This document shows, piece by piece, positions 11,990-25,838 of a DNA stretch of 64,000 bases. Source of the stretch: Octopus sinensis (Eukaryota); the NCBI RefSeq assembly GCF_006345805.1, contig NC_043008.1, positions 77,314,001-77,378,000 on the forward strand, read 5' to 3'. The translations under genes and the position numbers were made by a program. The first letter of the stretch is position 1. Each line of letters opens with the position of its first letter. Under the pieces are notes generated by a model that worked only from the letters and a program-made list of their open reading frames with translations, was not told the DNA's origin and ran no database searches.

Positions 11990-14900
11990 CTACCACTATC
12001 CAGCTGGGGAACCACACCTAACAGGCCAGTTAACAGTCAAAGCAACAAGAAACTTAAGATAACCAGTATGATCTTTGGAATATGGATTGTTAAAACTCTT
12101 GTCAACATTGACAGTGCTGACAGACCAGAAAGACACACAACATTACTCTCAAAAGAACTGGTTAGGCTCAATGTGGACATTGCAGCCCTGAATGAAACAC
12201 AACTTTCAGGAGAAAGGAGACTCAAAGAAAATGGTTTTGGCTATACATTCTTTTAGAAAGGCGTGGATGAAGGGAAGAGAAGAATCCAAGGAATTGGTTT
12301 TGTTATTAAAATCTGCATCATATGAGACCATCATTTAACAACTATTGCCATCAATGAATCACTAATGACTCTTTGGTTACCACTTCCAAATGAAAATTAC
12401 ACCACTCATACTTCTTATGCTCCAACTCTTGATGCTGAGGAAGAAGCAAAGAATCAATTTTACCAACAACTAAGTAACATCATTGTCAACATACCACTAA
12501 AAGACAAACTCTTATTACAATCGGATTTCATTGCAAAGGTAGGAAAGAGTCATCACCTATGGGAAATTGTCATCAGTAAAGAAGGCATCACAAATTGCAA
12601 CTCCAGTGGGCATCTGTTACTAGGTCTATGCATGGAATATAATCTATTCATTACAAATACCCAATTTTGATTTCCAACTCATTTTAAAAACATACGAATG
12701 CATCCCTGATCCAAATACCAGCATTTGATAGACTAAGCCATCATATGGCAACAAGACAAAAGAGACGTCCTCATCATCAAAGTGGGCCTTAATTCTGATG
12801 ACTACTAGACAGATCATCGCCTTGTCATTACATGCATGAGAATTACCATTTGTAAAAATCCAAGGATGCAACATGAACCACCATCTCATAGAAAATATGT
12901 CATCTCAATACTTCAGAACCCTGACACTGCAATTGTCTTTGAAGCCAAAATAAGTCAGGAACTTAGTTCTAAACCAATAAACAATCAGTCTATTGATGAA
13001 GAATGAAGAACCATTTGTGACATAGTCACAGAAACAGTAAACACTATCATCAGTTTCACCAAGACCAAAAATCAGGACTGGTTTGATGAAAACAACATTG
13101 AAATCAGCAAGAAAGATTGCTTGACTGGCTCATGAACAAGATTGAAGATCCAGACTCAAAAAGAAGTATTTCTAGAAGCTAAAACAGGAATGTCAGATAA
13201 AACTAAGAGAACTGCAGAAAATTTGGTGGCAAAAAGAAGCAGTGGAACTTCAGGGCAATGCAGATGCAAGTGACCTCAGAAATTTCTATGCTGGAATGAA
13301 GCAACTATTTGGACCAGTATGAACATCAAATGGATCCCTTCTCTCAGCTGACAATGCAAATATTCTGACCAATCCACAAGACATACTCCTACACTGAAGG
13401 GACATTTCTCTACCCTCCAAAATAGAAACTTGAGCACAGCTGAAGACTTCCTGAGAGATGTTCCAAATCACCCTCCTCAGCTGTGGATGAGCAGGAGGCC
13501 AATTTTTCATAAATTCAAGCAAGCTATGAAGGGAATGAGATCAAAAAAATCTCCAAGGCCCAGATAACACCCTTTTCAAGCTGAACAAACATGGAGATTA
13601 CCCTTGCAAGCCTGCATATTCACTCTTATCCTGAAGATGTGGGAATCTCAACACATTCCTAAAGAACTGAATGATGCAGTCCTCATAAGGATCTTCAAAA
13701 AAGGTGATTGAAAAATCTGTGGGAACTACAGAGGAATATCATTACTTTCCATCACTGGAAAAGTCTTTGCCAGGATTCTTCTAAATTACCTCCAGACCAT
13801 TGCAAAAAAGATTCTATCAGATACTCAATGTGGATTCCATGTCTCATGTGGATCAATTGACACGATTTTCTGAGCAAGGCAACTCTAAGAGAAAAGCAGG
13901 GAACAACAAAAACCCATTTTCTTGTTTTCTATGACTTAGAAAAAGCCTTTGATAGCATTCCGAGAGCTTCTATGTGAAGGTTCTTCATCGTTTTGGATGT
14001 CCTGATCCCTTTATCCCTTTGGTTCAAGTAGTGCTTGACAATATGTCTGGACGTGTATTCCACCAAAACATGCTGTCAGAAGAATTTCCAAGCATGTGTG
14101 CACTAAAACAAAGGTATGTCTTGGCACCTATGCTATTCTTCTTGCGTCTGGCTTCAATGCTTCACAAAGTTCCTCCAAACAATCCAGGAGTTGATATCAG
14201 ATATTGATATAATGGAGGACTTTTCAATCTCAGTAGACTTCACTCTAAACATCTGACACATATATAACACATCTTAGAAATTTTGATGTTACTATCTCAG
14301 ATACACCTCTTGAAAACGTAGAGTATTTTCCACAACTAAACAGCCTTTTATCAAACAAGTCCACCTCAGAAAAGAATATGAAACACAGAACTGGAGCTGC
14401 ACACAGGGTATTTGGAAAGATAATCAAGCATGTTTTGCAACAACAAAGACATTAACTTAACAATGGTTTATAATGCTGTTTTCATCTCAACGTTGCTATA
14501 TGGCTGCAAAATCTGGACTCTACGTCATCATGATATCCAAAAATTACAATGCTTCACTTAATCTTGAGCATCAAATGAGAATGCTATGTGACCTACAACA
14601 ATGTTCTGGAAAGAACCAATAATCAAAGTATCATCACTGATCACAAAACACTGTCTTTGATGGGCAGAACATGTAGCGAGAATGGAATGGAAGAGTCAAG
14701 GTTCCCACACCAAGTCTTATTCAGAGAGCTCACTTCAGGAGAAAGACCATAGGGTTGCTCTCTTCAAAGATACAAGGATCAACTCAAGGCAACACTGAAT
14801 GCCACTGGAATTGAACCTAAAGTGTTTGAAACACAAGCCCAAAACCATAATCACCATTGGAACAAAAAACTGCAAAGCCACCATAAGAGAAAAGAAAGAA

Positions 14901-15080
14901 AACAAATGACAGGAGAGAAAGGCTTGACAAAATCAACCTCGTCCTTTACCAACATTGCCATGCAGTCAAATGCTATCAACTCTTCTATGCAAGAATTAGT
15001 CTAAAGTGTCACCAACAATATCACCGTAAAGGAAGCATTCACTGAAGAAGAAACTAAATTCTCAGATATGACATAAAGCC
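11990..15080 (+). mobile_element. Near full-length degenerate RTE-BovB-like LINE
   Basis: RPERHTTLLSKELVRLNVDIAALNETQLSGERRLKENGFGYTFF (BovB-type APE start), SYAPTLDAEEEAKNQFY, and RT fragments (YDLEKAFDSI); many stops. Confidence 0.8.
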
Positions 15081-15459
15081 ACCACCACTGCCAACAAATA
15101 ATTTGTTACACTTGTTTCTGTATATACAAAAACATCACCAACATTGTTTTATGCCCACTTTCAATGATTAAGTGGATTGGACAAGTTGTTCTCCTAGAGG
15201 GGTAGAAGGACCACATCATGTCAGTTTCAATTTTGGTTTGGTTTTTTATGGCTGGATGCCCTTCCTAAGACTTTATAAAGTATATTTAGGTAAATATTTT
15301 CACCTGAGAGTCTGTTATGCCTTCGACAATTCTCACAGCCCTATCATGTCTTTAATAAACCTCACAACCCTACATTTAATACTGCATGCATCTTATTGCA
15401 GCACAAGTTCTAGAGAGAACAGAAATGAGAAACTGATGTATAGTAGGAGGTTGGTAAAT

Positions 15460-15790
15460 CATCATCATCACCATCATCATCATTTAATTTTCATTTTCCA
15501 TGCTGGCATACATTGTACAGCTTAACAAGCTCAAAGACTACACTATGCTCCACCATCTGTTTTGGTATAGTTTTTATGGTTGGATACCCTTCCTAACATT
15601 AACTACTTTACAGAGTGAACTGGGTGCTTTTCATGTGGTACCAGCAGCATCAAGGTATACTTTGGAATGTTTTTTTACAACTAGATGCCCCTCCAAATAC
15701 CAAACTTTATAGGGTGGGCTGGATGCTTTTTACATGGCACCAGCCGTGACAAGATCACTAAGTAACTTGCACGACAAAGGGAAAATGTGG
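15460..15790 (-). mobile_element. RTE 3'UTR fragment
   Basis: (CAT)n tail plus ggatacccttcctaac / gctggatgctttttacatggcaccagc motifs. Confidence 0.6.
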
Positions 15791-16377
15791 TTTTGTGCGA
15801 GGTGATGAGAGATCAAAGTATGACAGAGGAGCCAATACTAAATGACCATGCTGAGTGGATAAGCAGGGTGTATAGGGTGCATACAGATGTAAAGGTCTTA
15901 CATGGGTGAAGATGCTAAGCATGGGAAAGGGAGTTGTGGCATATTGGGGAGAAGGTTAGCTAGATCTTGAGGTATCCCTGGTTACACTGATGTATGTACA
16001 GGGAACAGGAAAGATCCTCTGCAATCTATAATTACATTAGCAACTTAATACAGTGAGGATAAGAAGGTGGGGGAAGTGACTGAAGGATGATCAATAGAGG
16101 CATGAATACTAGAGACATTTGTTACAAAGAGAAGGGAGTAATGGTAACAGGGGTGGCAGTGGTGGTGGTGATGATGATGATGATGGTGGTGTTGGTGGTG
16201 GTGGTATTGATGATGATGATAAATGGTGTTTGAAAGTATTAATACAGTGAATTTTGGTGTATGAAATGTGTAGGAGTTATGAGTGACTTCTAAGATTTTG
16301 ATTGGTTAATTCTGTGTCAGCTGTTTATTGAAGCAGTGTTAGCTGTCGTTACTCAACGTAAAACAAAAATGGGAACA

Positions 16378-16500
16378 CCACCACCACCACCACCACCACC
16401 ACCACCACCACCACCACCACCACCACCACCACCACCACCACCACCACCACCACCACCAACCACCACCACCACCACCACCACCACCACTACAAACAACAAC
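16378..16500. repeat. (CCA)n microsatellite
   Basis: About 35 CCA units; source of the poly-Pro and poly-Gly pseudo-ORFs. Confidence 0.95.
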
Positions 16501-16726
16501 AACAGAAGATTATGGTCACTGATTTGAGTACACACACATGCACGCACATGTATTTATATTTCTCCCACCTTTCATTTACCATATATATACATACATATAA
16601 AGCAGTTCAGGTGAGGCAAATATAACATTGATTGATAGATTGGGTCAATTCTTTGCCATAAAATCAGGCCTGACTACAACTTCAGGTTGTGTTTGTATAT
16701 GTGCATACACACACACACACACACAT

Positions 16727-16763
<37 letters not shown>

Positions 16764-17069
16764 TATGTAATGTTGGCTACACCCTGTTGGTGCTACTTCT
16801 GCTGCTGCTGCTGCTGAATGTAATATTTATATTCCATTAGATTTGTTTTGAATAAAGACCAAGGTAAATAATGACAGCAGTTTTAATGCAATATCAGTGT
16901 GTACTGAGAGAGAGAGTAGATGATGTTCCCAATGAAAAATATATAATTAAATTGTTTTGTAATTAAGAAGAAATAAAAGCTACAAAACAACAACTTACTT
17001 GTGCCAATGAAATATGGGAAGTGATTCATAAATTGTCTCACAAACAGCAGAAAATGATAAAAGAAGGAT

Positions 17070-17215
17070 ACATGTATGTATGTATGTATGTATGTATGTA
17101 TGTATGTATGTATGTATGTATGTATGTATGTATGTATGTATGTATGTATGTATGTATGTATGTATGTATGTATGTATGTATGTATGTATACATACATACA
17201 TACATATATATGCAC
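17070..17215. repeat. (TATG)n microsatellite
   Basis: About 29 perfect TATG units followed by TACA units. Confidence 0.95.
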
Positions 17216-17513
17216 ACATATAAATAAAGGAATATATATATATATATATGAGAAAATGAGTTGACAAAAGAATAAATGGCTATCTAATGAACTTCATTAG
17301 CTTACAGTTGTTTCTGCTATAAGATTTACACCTTTTCATTTTATTGGAGCCTTGAATATAAAGTGCAATTTATTTGAGAACAGAATTATGTTTTCATATG
17401 TATACTGAATTATACACCAGGTTATTAGTCTTGCAATACCTAAGCGAAATATTAAAACCTTAAAATTCCCTTCTGAAAAGGTTGGTTGGTTACATATACA
17501 CATACATACATAC

Positions 17514-17570
<57 letters not shown>

Positions 17571-17929
17571 TACATACACACACACACATACATACATAGT
17601 GTACTGTTTTGTGATGGTAAGATCAACAAAAAAAGTACTCCACCTGGTGAGAGATAAATATTATTTAATAAACACAATATATATTTTTATGAGTTACAAG
17701 TAGTTTCATGTGATGAAAGCTATTCAGACAGTATTTTATAGCATGTCTTGTGTCTTCATGCAACTCTCAGGCTCTACAATATGGCATGACAAGCTAACAC
17801 AGGCAGATATTGTCACATGCACACATATATACACTCACGCAACAGACTTCCACAGAATTTCCATCTACTAAATTTTCCTGTAAGGCATAGAGGAGGGGAA
17901 CCAAATTATTTTCCTCAGTCTATTCTTAG

Positions 17930-18190
17930 GTCTATTTTCATTATTCATACCATTAATAGAAGTGTTGTAAAATAACTTATCTTTGAAGCAACTGTTAACT
18001 AAGGGTATTGCCATAGTAGGGAGCTGCCTTATCAAAACTTTTTTAAGAATAAGAGAAGTTGGTTATCTTATTACTAATGTTAGCTATCAAGCTTTTAAGC
18101 ACTATGAGGGGTGGGTGGCAGAACTGTTTGTTATGTAGGAAAGTTTCTCATTGGGCTTATGGTATGGTTTATAAACTGTACCATAAGCAC
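17930..18190 (-). mobile_element. Penelope-like element, RT C-terminal fragment (inverted relative to its neighbour)
   Basis: Minus strand reads YKPYHKPNEKLSYITNS...FDKAAPYY, resembling the PLE RT thumb region. Confidence 0.55.
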
Positions 18191-18209
18191 AATGAATAAT
18201 AAAAATAAA

Positions 18210-18720
18210 CTTAAAAACTGACCTAGAAAAATAATTTTGTTTGCCCCCTTCTCCTTAAATGTTAAAACTAAAGATTCCTCTCTCTCTCTTAGCTAAGCAT
18301 TTACTAGAAAATCACAAATACAGAAATATCTTCAAAAGATGCTCAAATAAATTATCCTATACCTGCTGCCCCAATGTGAAGAGCATCATTACCTGCAAAC
18401 ACTACCAAGTGCCCACTTCCAGTTGTAACTGCCAAGACCCTGGAGCTTGTCAACTCAACCAGATGTGCATGATAAACTCTGTCAAATAAGTTACAGCAAT
18501 GCTACATGTTAACCTAACTGAAAAGAAAAATTACATTAGGTTATGCAAAAGCAACCTCAAATGTCACTATTCTAACCACCTACCTTCTCACTGGTACATG
18601 AACAAAAGAAAAGCCACTAAATTGGCTAGCCACTATGGGGTTTGATGACCAACTACATACCATATACAATCAAGTGGAAAATCGTAGGAAAATCCATGCC
18701 ATATGTTAATGGAATAAAAA
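18210..18720 (+). mobile_element. Penelope-like element, linker plus GIY-YIG fragment
   Basis: KHLLENHKYRNIFKR...LSYTCCPNVKSII, CNCQDPGACQLNQMC and YTIKWKIVGK motifs. Confidence 0.7.
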
Positions 18721-19230
18721 GAATACAAGTTATGAATAGCTGGGAGATAGCATATCCCTCTTAGAGCTAAGAATTCCATCACAGTTCTGAATTCCAGATC
18801 AGAAATTTTCAGCAAATGCAAAGCATGGACAAGTTGCTTTTTGGTGAATTGGAGAACACCACCATCTCTGGATTGAGCAGCTGTATTACAGATATAGGAC
18901 ACCTTCTGTTGATTCTTCGCCATCAAGCCTTACAACTTTAAATCCAAAGGAGATATAACTTGAATTGCTTTTTTTCCTTTCTTTTTCATTTTCTTCACTT
19001 TTCCATTTTTTAAAATCACCTTCATCTAATTTTTTTTCTTGTAATTTCTCTTGTTCTGATTTATAACTTGTATATATATATATATATATATATATAAATA
19101 TAATATGTGACAATTATTCAGTAGCCAAGATAATTGTCACATATATTTACAGATAAATTCCTCTATTTACATAATATTGAGGTCTCTTTCTTTCCTTTGT
19201 TATCTTACGTTTTTACCAATATATATACCC

Positions 19231-19583
19231 TTTTTACTCTTTTTACTCTTTTTACTTGTTTCAGTCATTTGACTGCGGCCATGCTGGAGCACCGCCTTTA
19301 GTCAAGCAAATCGACCCCGGGACTTATTCTTTGTAAGCCCAGTACTTATTCTATCGGTCTCTTTTGCCGAACCGCTAAGTTACGGGGACGTAAACACACC
19401 AGCATCGGTTGTCAAGCGATGCTAGGGGAACAAACACAGACACACAAACATATTCACACACACTTATATATATATACATATATACGACAGGCTTCTTTCA
19501 GTTTCCGTCTACCAAATCCACTCACAAGGCATTGGTCGGCCCGGGGCTATAGCAGAAGACACGTGCCCAAGATGCCACGCAGT
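19231..19583 (-). mobile_element. tRNA-type SINE family A (octopus OR/OK-like), head missing
   Basis: Tail (ctcttttta)n-cttgtttcagtcatttgactg; same family as 48803, 51991 and 52785; truncated at the CR1 junction. Confidence 0.9.
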
Positions 19584-22500
19584 TGGCATGGTGAGGACGG
19601 AAAAAACTGCCGGTTCGCCCACCCGACACCCCGCCAGAACTTCAGGGGACTCAAAGAGAAAAACTTTACCGAGGGAACACAAGAAATGTCTCCCAGGAAA
19701 ACTTTCAAAAACGAAGTGTGCTCCTCAGATGTTCTGCGCAACGCAGCAGCTGAGCAAGAGTCTTTTTTATGCATGGCGGAAAGAATTGTCCGGCAGCTAA
19801 CCTGGCTACACCAAGCACTGAGAAGGAACCCTGCCCACCACTATGCAAGACCACCACAGTCAACAGACACGGGATGGCCTCCCCTAATGCCTGCACAGCC
19901 GTCACCCCAATACTTTTACTAAATATTGGGGGCCTGTTGCATCAAAATAGAAACAAAATTTCTTTCCTGAGAGATCTTACTGCATGCAATCAAGCCCTAT
20001 GCATAGCACTTGTGGAAACTCACCTCAACCTTGATATAGAGGATGCAGAAGTATACATACCAAACTATGCCATACTGCGAACAGACAGAAGGGAAAGGAG
20101 CGATGGTGGAGTTGCTATATACATCCGAGATGACCTCACACCCCAGGTCTTGATGACGTACTCAAATTCGGTATGTGACACCTTAATTGTATACATAAGA
20201 CAACATAATATAGTCATATGCAATACATATTGCCCACCGGATGCCCCAAATCACATAGGCAAGTTTGAAGATTGCCTCACAAGAATTAAAGAAATCTCAT
20301 GAATCTGGAACACCACGTGACCATATTTCTTATGGGTGATTTCAACTTCCCCAACGTCAAATGACCCAAAGGTCACATACTCTCAGGAATGAATCATTGC
20401 AAGCAAGTACAAGTGGAGTCCCTGCTCAACCTCACCAATGCCTTATTCATGGAGCAAGTTGTACTCAAGCCAACTAGGGCGAATAACATTCTGGATCTCT
20501 GCTTCACGAACAATATGGACATCATTCATGATGTGAAAGTGACACCGACATTAATTTTGGATCACAACATAATAGAGCTGTCTATGTTTGGGCTGAAAGT
20601 AACCAGAGACATACAGCCTAAAGGAAGCACCCGAAATCTCTCCAATCTGAACTTCCACAAAGCAGATTGGAAATCGATCCAAAAAGAGATCCTCAGAGAG
20701 GACTGGCCGGAATGTCTCTCCACACCAGACATTGATATGAAACTAGAATGTTTCATGTCTTCTGTGCAAGCCATATGCCAGAAATATGTCCCAGAGCACA
20801 AGGCCAAAACAAATAGGAGCAAGATTCCAAGAGACAGGAAGATCCTCATGAGACGACGAACGAAGGTTGCAAATCGTCTCAACCAACATCCCATAAGTAG
20901 CAAAACATCCTGCCTAAAAAAAACACTGATGGAGATCGAAAAAAGTCTGCAACAATCCTATGTGAAGGAGAAAGCAGACAAAGAAGCCTGGGTTATAAAA
21001 AACATTAAATCAAACCCAAAGGCCTTCTTTCATTACGCAAAAGAAACAGTCTCAGTGCACTACAAGATAGGACCCCTCCTCCAAAAGGATGGCTCCCTCA
21101 CAGATAGTCCAACTATGATCAGTGAGATTCTGAATGACCAGTTCAAAAGTGTCTTTACCACCTCGTTGGAACACAGACAAGTGAACGAACCAGTGGACTT
21201 CTTTGCCGCCTCACCTATAACCAGCGAGGCGGTTACAATAGAATGTATTGACATTAGCGAAGAAGATGTCTTACAAGCCATAGATGAAGTGGACACAAAC
21301 TCAGCTGCTGGCCCAGACGGTTTCCCAGCCATCCTCCTCAAAGTGTGTAAGCATGCCCTGGCAAAACCCCTCAAGATTCTCTTCCAGAGCTTTCTTGCGA
21401 ATGGCAAACTGCCAAGCAAGCTGAAGGAGGGAATAATATGCCCAATACATAAAGGGGGAAGTAGAGCAGATGCCAAAAACTATAGGCCTATCTCTCTGAC
21501 TTCACACATCAGCAAAGTCATGGAAAGGATAGTCAGAAAGAAACTAATCGCATTCCTTGAGGAAAATAACTTGCTGAGTAATACCCAGCATGGTTTTCGA
21601 CCAGGTAGGAGCTGCCTGACCCAGCTCTTACAGCATTATGACTGGGTGTTGAGGCAGTTACTCAACAAATCAAATGTGGACGTAATCTACCTTTATTTTA
21701 CAAAAGCTTTTGACAAGGTGGATCATGGTATGATATGCCACAAACTACATGACCTCGGCATAGCTGGAAAACTTGGAGTGTGGTTGCATGACTTCCTGAA
21801 AGATAGGAGTCAGGCAGTAGTGGTTAATGGAGTCACCTCTATGAACACACAAATAGTGAGTGGTGTTCCACAGGGCACTGTCTTGGGACCACTGCTTTTT
21901 ATAGTGGCCCTCTCAGATATGCCCTCAAATGCCCGGATAGCCACTCTGGCCAGCTATGCAGACGATACGAAAGTCTCGCAGAAAATACAGAACCCTAGCG
22001 ATGTTGCACACCTGCAGCAGGAGTTGGACTCAATCTACAGATGGGCTGAGGATAATAATATGCAGTTTAATGTTGAAAAATTCCAGGCCCTGCGCTACCA
22101 GCATCCAAAACTGAAAATTAAACTTACAGGATATACCGGTCCACAGGGAATTTCAATCCCAGAGCCTAAGTCTTTGAGGGACCTGGGTATCGACATGAGT
22201 GATGATACCTCTTTCCAAGTGCACATTACCAGGATGGCGACAAAGTGCAGACGACTGGCTGAACATTCAGAACCAGAGATAAGGAAACCATGATGGTCCT
22301 CTGGTGGACATTCGTCCTCAGTCGCCTGGATTACTGCTCACAGCTATGGTCACCCACCAATGTAAAATTAACAGCGGACCTTGAAGCAATCCAGAGAAGA
22401 TTCACAAAGAAGATCGTCTCTTTGCAACAGCTCAGCTACTGGGAAAGGTTGAAACAGCTAAGACTCTACTCCCTGGAGAGAAGACGGGAGAGGTATGCAG

Positions 22501-22868
22501 TAATATGTCTGGAAGATCCTGGAAGGAATTGTGCCAAATTTTGGCATTGTAAGCTACACCAATGCTAAAACGGGATGACACTGCATAGTGCCAAAGATCC
22601 CAGCAATGCCATCACGCTTCAGGACCAGCTTCTGCAACAGCCTGGGTTTCAAGGGCCCACAGCTTTTTAATATTCTCCCAAAGAGTCTGAGGAACTTGCA
22701 CAAAGTAGATGTAGTGGTTTTTAAATCAAAGCTGGACATCTTCCTGTCAAGAGTCCCAGATGAACCTACCTCATGGCAAGAGGTGCAAATGAGAGTAGCT
22801 GTATCAAACTCCATTCTTCACCAAGTGCCACATATTAGACGAGGTTCGTCGCAATAACAGTGTAGCAT
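19584..22868 (+). mobile_element. 5'-truncated CR1-clade LINE (end of ORF1, APE, RT), inactive
   Basis: ORFs 19769-20302 (APE: IALVETHL, RSDGGVAIYI), 20389-22293 (RT: QHGFRPGRSC, GVPQGTVLGP, YADD) and 22290-22857 (LDYCSQLWSP, LERRRER). Stops and frameshifts; motif A reads YLYFTKAFD, so the catalytic Asp is lost. Confidence 0.93.
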
Positions 22869-23010
22869 ATCGACCCCAGGACTTATTCTTTTTGTAAGCC
22901 CAGTACTTATTCTATTGGTCTCTTTTTGCCGAACCGCTAAGTGACGGAGGACGTAAACACACCAGCATTGGTTGTCAAGCAATGCTAGGGGAACAAACAC
23001 AGACACACAA

Positions 23011-23041
<31 letters not shown>

Positions 23042-23198
23042 CATATATACGACAGGCTTCTTTCAGTTTCCGTCTACCAAATCTACTCACAAGGCATTGG
23101 TCGGCCCGGGGCTATGGCAGAAGACACTTGCCCAAGATGCCACGCAGTGGAACTGAACCCGGAACCATGTGGTTGGTTAGCAAGCTACTTACCACACA
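22869..23198 (-). mobile_element. SINE family A, tail missing
   Basis: Begins atcgacccc and runs to the head (caagctacttaccacaca); overlaps the left copy by ~275 bp. Confidence 0.9.
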
Positions 23199-23214
23199 TA
23201 TAGCAAAGATGACA

Positions 23215-23557
23215 TTCCAAAAGCTGGAACAGTTTGAATGGGGAGCTATAACTCCATTCACCATATTCACTGGACATTGCTCCATCTGATTATCATTTAT
23301 TCCACAGTCTTCAAAATCATTTGGACGGAAAACATATGAATCCTGTAGACAATGTCAGAACATTATTGGAGGAGTATTTTTTCATCACAGACAAGTGGAT
23401 TTAGTAAGAAGGGCCTTCCAAGTCTTCAGGACAGATGGAAGAGCATTGTAGAAAACGAAAGAGTGTATATTTTAGATTAAAAATTAATTTTGGTTATCAT
23501 AATTTTGAAAAATAAAAGAAGTATAAAAAACTGCATTATTTATGGGATGACCCAATA
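23215..23557 (+). mobile_element. mariner 3' fragment with right TIR
   Basis: PYSLDIAPSDYHLFHSLQNHLDGK; ends cattatttatgggatgacccaata. Confidence 0.8.
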
Positions 23558-24089
23558 TGTATATATACCCACACACAGATAACTGATTGACAGGAGGGAT
23601 AAATATGAGATGAAGTGGTAAAGAAGAGTTTCAGGAGATTCGATTCAGCATTATGGAGGAGATGGCAGAGGATTTCAATGATTCGTGTCATATAGTACTT
23701 GAAAAGAGGCATCTACATGTTGGATGTGTGGTAATATAAATACTGAGGTGGAAGCAATGGTGATGAAGAGGTATAACATATTTCCAATGTATCCTTATTA
23801 AGCTTCTATCTGCTGTTCCCACTCTTTTTTTTAGTACCCTCACATCTCTACCACTCACTCTTTCTGCACTCAATTTTTCTTTTGTGTTAATGAGCCATGT
23901 GAATAGGTTCAGTAAAACTTTTGATAGCTAAACCATAAGACTTTCCTTTAGCTGTGCACCAAGATATTAGAAGGTAGGCTTGCACTTGAGATAGAGGCAG
24001 GCTACTCATCTTGAGGTACCACTGCATGTCCACTTAACTACTGCTGTAACACAGAAACAGTCAAAAGTAGGCATCCAAATGTGTGGAAG

Positions 24090-24440
24090 TATGTGAGAAA
24101 AACAAAAGGTCCCTACAGGATTAGATTCAATTATCACAAGTCTGCCTTTAATACTCCAGAGAGAATACCACAGACTGGCAAATATGGTCATTAAAATCAA
24201 GCACCATGAAGTACAGTATAAAGTGGAAAATCTTTGAGACGTGCAAGGCTTATTTTAATAAGAGCAAGCAGTGTAGATTATGTTTACCTGAGAAAAGAAC
24301 CATATTAAAAAAACCTTCTCAGCCCCTAGACATCTACAAAAACTGCTTGCATGAAAGAAGGTGTATGTTATCATATCTACAGGTCTCATCATTACTATCA
24401 CCAATTCTTCTCCTTTGGCTCTTTCACCACCATATCCTGA
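24090..24440 (+). mobile_element. Penelope-like GIY-YIG C-terminal fragment
   Basis: QIWSLKSSTMKYSIKWKIFETCKAYFNKSKQCRLCLPEK. Confidence 0.7.
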
Positions 24441-24611
24441 GAATCCACCAAAGAGTTTAACCAAAATATACATAACTGAACATAGACACATATGCAACCT
24501 ATCATGAACTTACGCATCTGGGTGCCCGCCTAGCATCTCCAACCCCCATAGAGCCCCTATACATAGAATACCTCAACACATATTCTAACCCTACATGAAT
24601 ATCAATCTATA

Positions 24612-25427
24612 ACCTAAGAAGCATTAGATGTGGTGTGCAAGAGAGACGACTGCACTGGTATGGTCATGTGGCAAGAATGGATGAGGATAGCTGTGTGAAA
24701 AAGTGCCACACCCTAGCGGTTGAGGGAACCTGTGGAAGAGGTAGACTCAGGAAGACCTGGGATGAAGTGGTGAAGCATGACCTTCAAACATTAGGCCTCA
24801 CCAAGGAAATGACTAGCGACCGAGACTTTTGGAAATATGCTGTGCTCGAGAAGACTCGGCAAGCCAAATGAGACCATAACCCTGCTTGCGAAGACCTGTT
24901 GAGGCAAGTGAAATTGAAATCAAAATCAAATCAAAATCAATTCGATGACTGGCATCTGTGCTAACAGGAAGCAAAGAGCACCATATGAGTGTGATCATTG
25001 ACAGAGCGGCTATTTGAGTATGATTGTTGCCAGAGCAGCCAACTGGCTTCCGTACCACACCATCCAAGCGTGATCATTGCCAGAGCAGCCAACTGGCTTC
25101 CATACCTGTGGCACATACAAGGGCACCATTTGAGTGTGATCGTTACCAACGTCGCCTCACTGGCACCCGTGCCGGTGGCACGTGTAAAAAGATTCAAGCG
25201 AGGTCATTGCCAGTACCGCCTGACTGGCCCCCATGCCGGTGGCACGTAAAAAGCACCCAGTACACTCTTGGAGTGGTTGGCGTTAGGAAGGGCATCCAGC
25301 TGTAGAAACTCTGCCAGATCAAAATTGGAGCCTGGTGCAGCCATCTGGCTTGCCAGCCCTCAGTCAAAATCGTCCAAGCCATGCTAGCATGGAAATTAGA
25401 CGTTAAATGATGATGATGATGATGATG
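24612..25427 (+). mobile_element. 5'-truncated RTE LINE (C-terminus plus 3'UTR)
   Basis: QERRLHWYGHVARMDEDSCVKKC...GRLRKTWDEVVKHD; (GAT)n tail; high similarity to 44250-45087. Confidence 0.9.
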
Positions 25428-25731
25428 AACCCATACACACATTTTCAGAAAATCCTTATAGACTTACATTTCAGAAATCTTTGGAGCTGAGAGACATAAC
25501 TCTTGTTATAACTCTTCAGTTTGTCTTGTTGCTTTTCACAGTAATTGGATGTGGATTTTCACCTCCAGTAATGGAGAGCAGTCAGCATCTATATTTTTTT
25601 TCATACTTGCTCTGTTGAGTACACACTATATAATCATGTTGTTATAAAACATCTGGTTTAATACCATGTGAAACCATTTGATAAGACTGGCCATAATGAA
25701 TATATAATACCATACACTGCACACTTTGATT

Positions 25732-25773
<42 letters not shown>

Positions 25774-25838
25774 TATATATGCATGCATGCATGTGTGTAT
25801 ATATGTATATTTATGGAAACTATTTAAATAAAACTCAC

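Noticed and set aside
18730-19060. Minus-strand lysine-rich broken frame (ISFGFKVVRLDG...)
   Set aside because: Possibly a LINE ORF1 remnant, but I cannot assign it without a search, and it contains stops.
19103-19144. 15-bp perfect hairpin (atatgtgacaattat/ataattgtcacatat)
   Set aside because: Short, AT-rich and next to (TA)n; too weak to support a function.
20389-22293. 634-aa ORF as a host gene or active RT
   Set aside because: It is CR1 ORF2, split from its endonuclease by a stop and frameshift, with the motif-A Asp replaced by Tyr.
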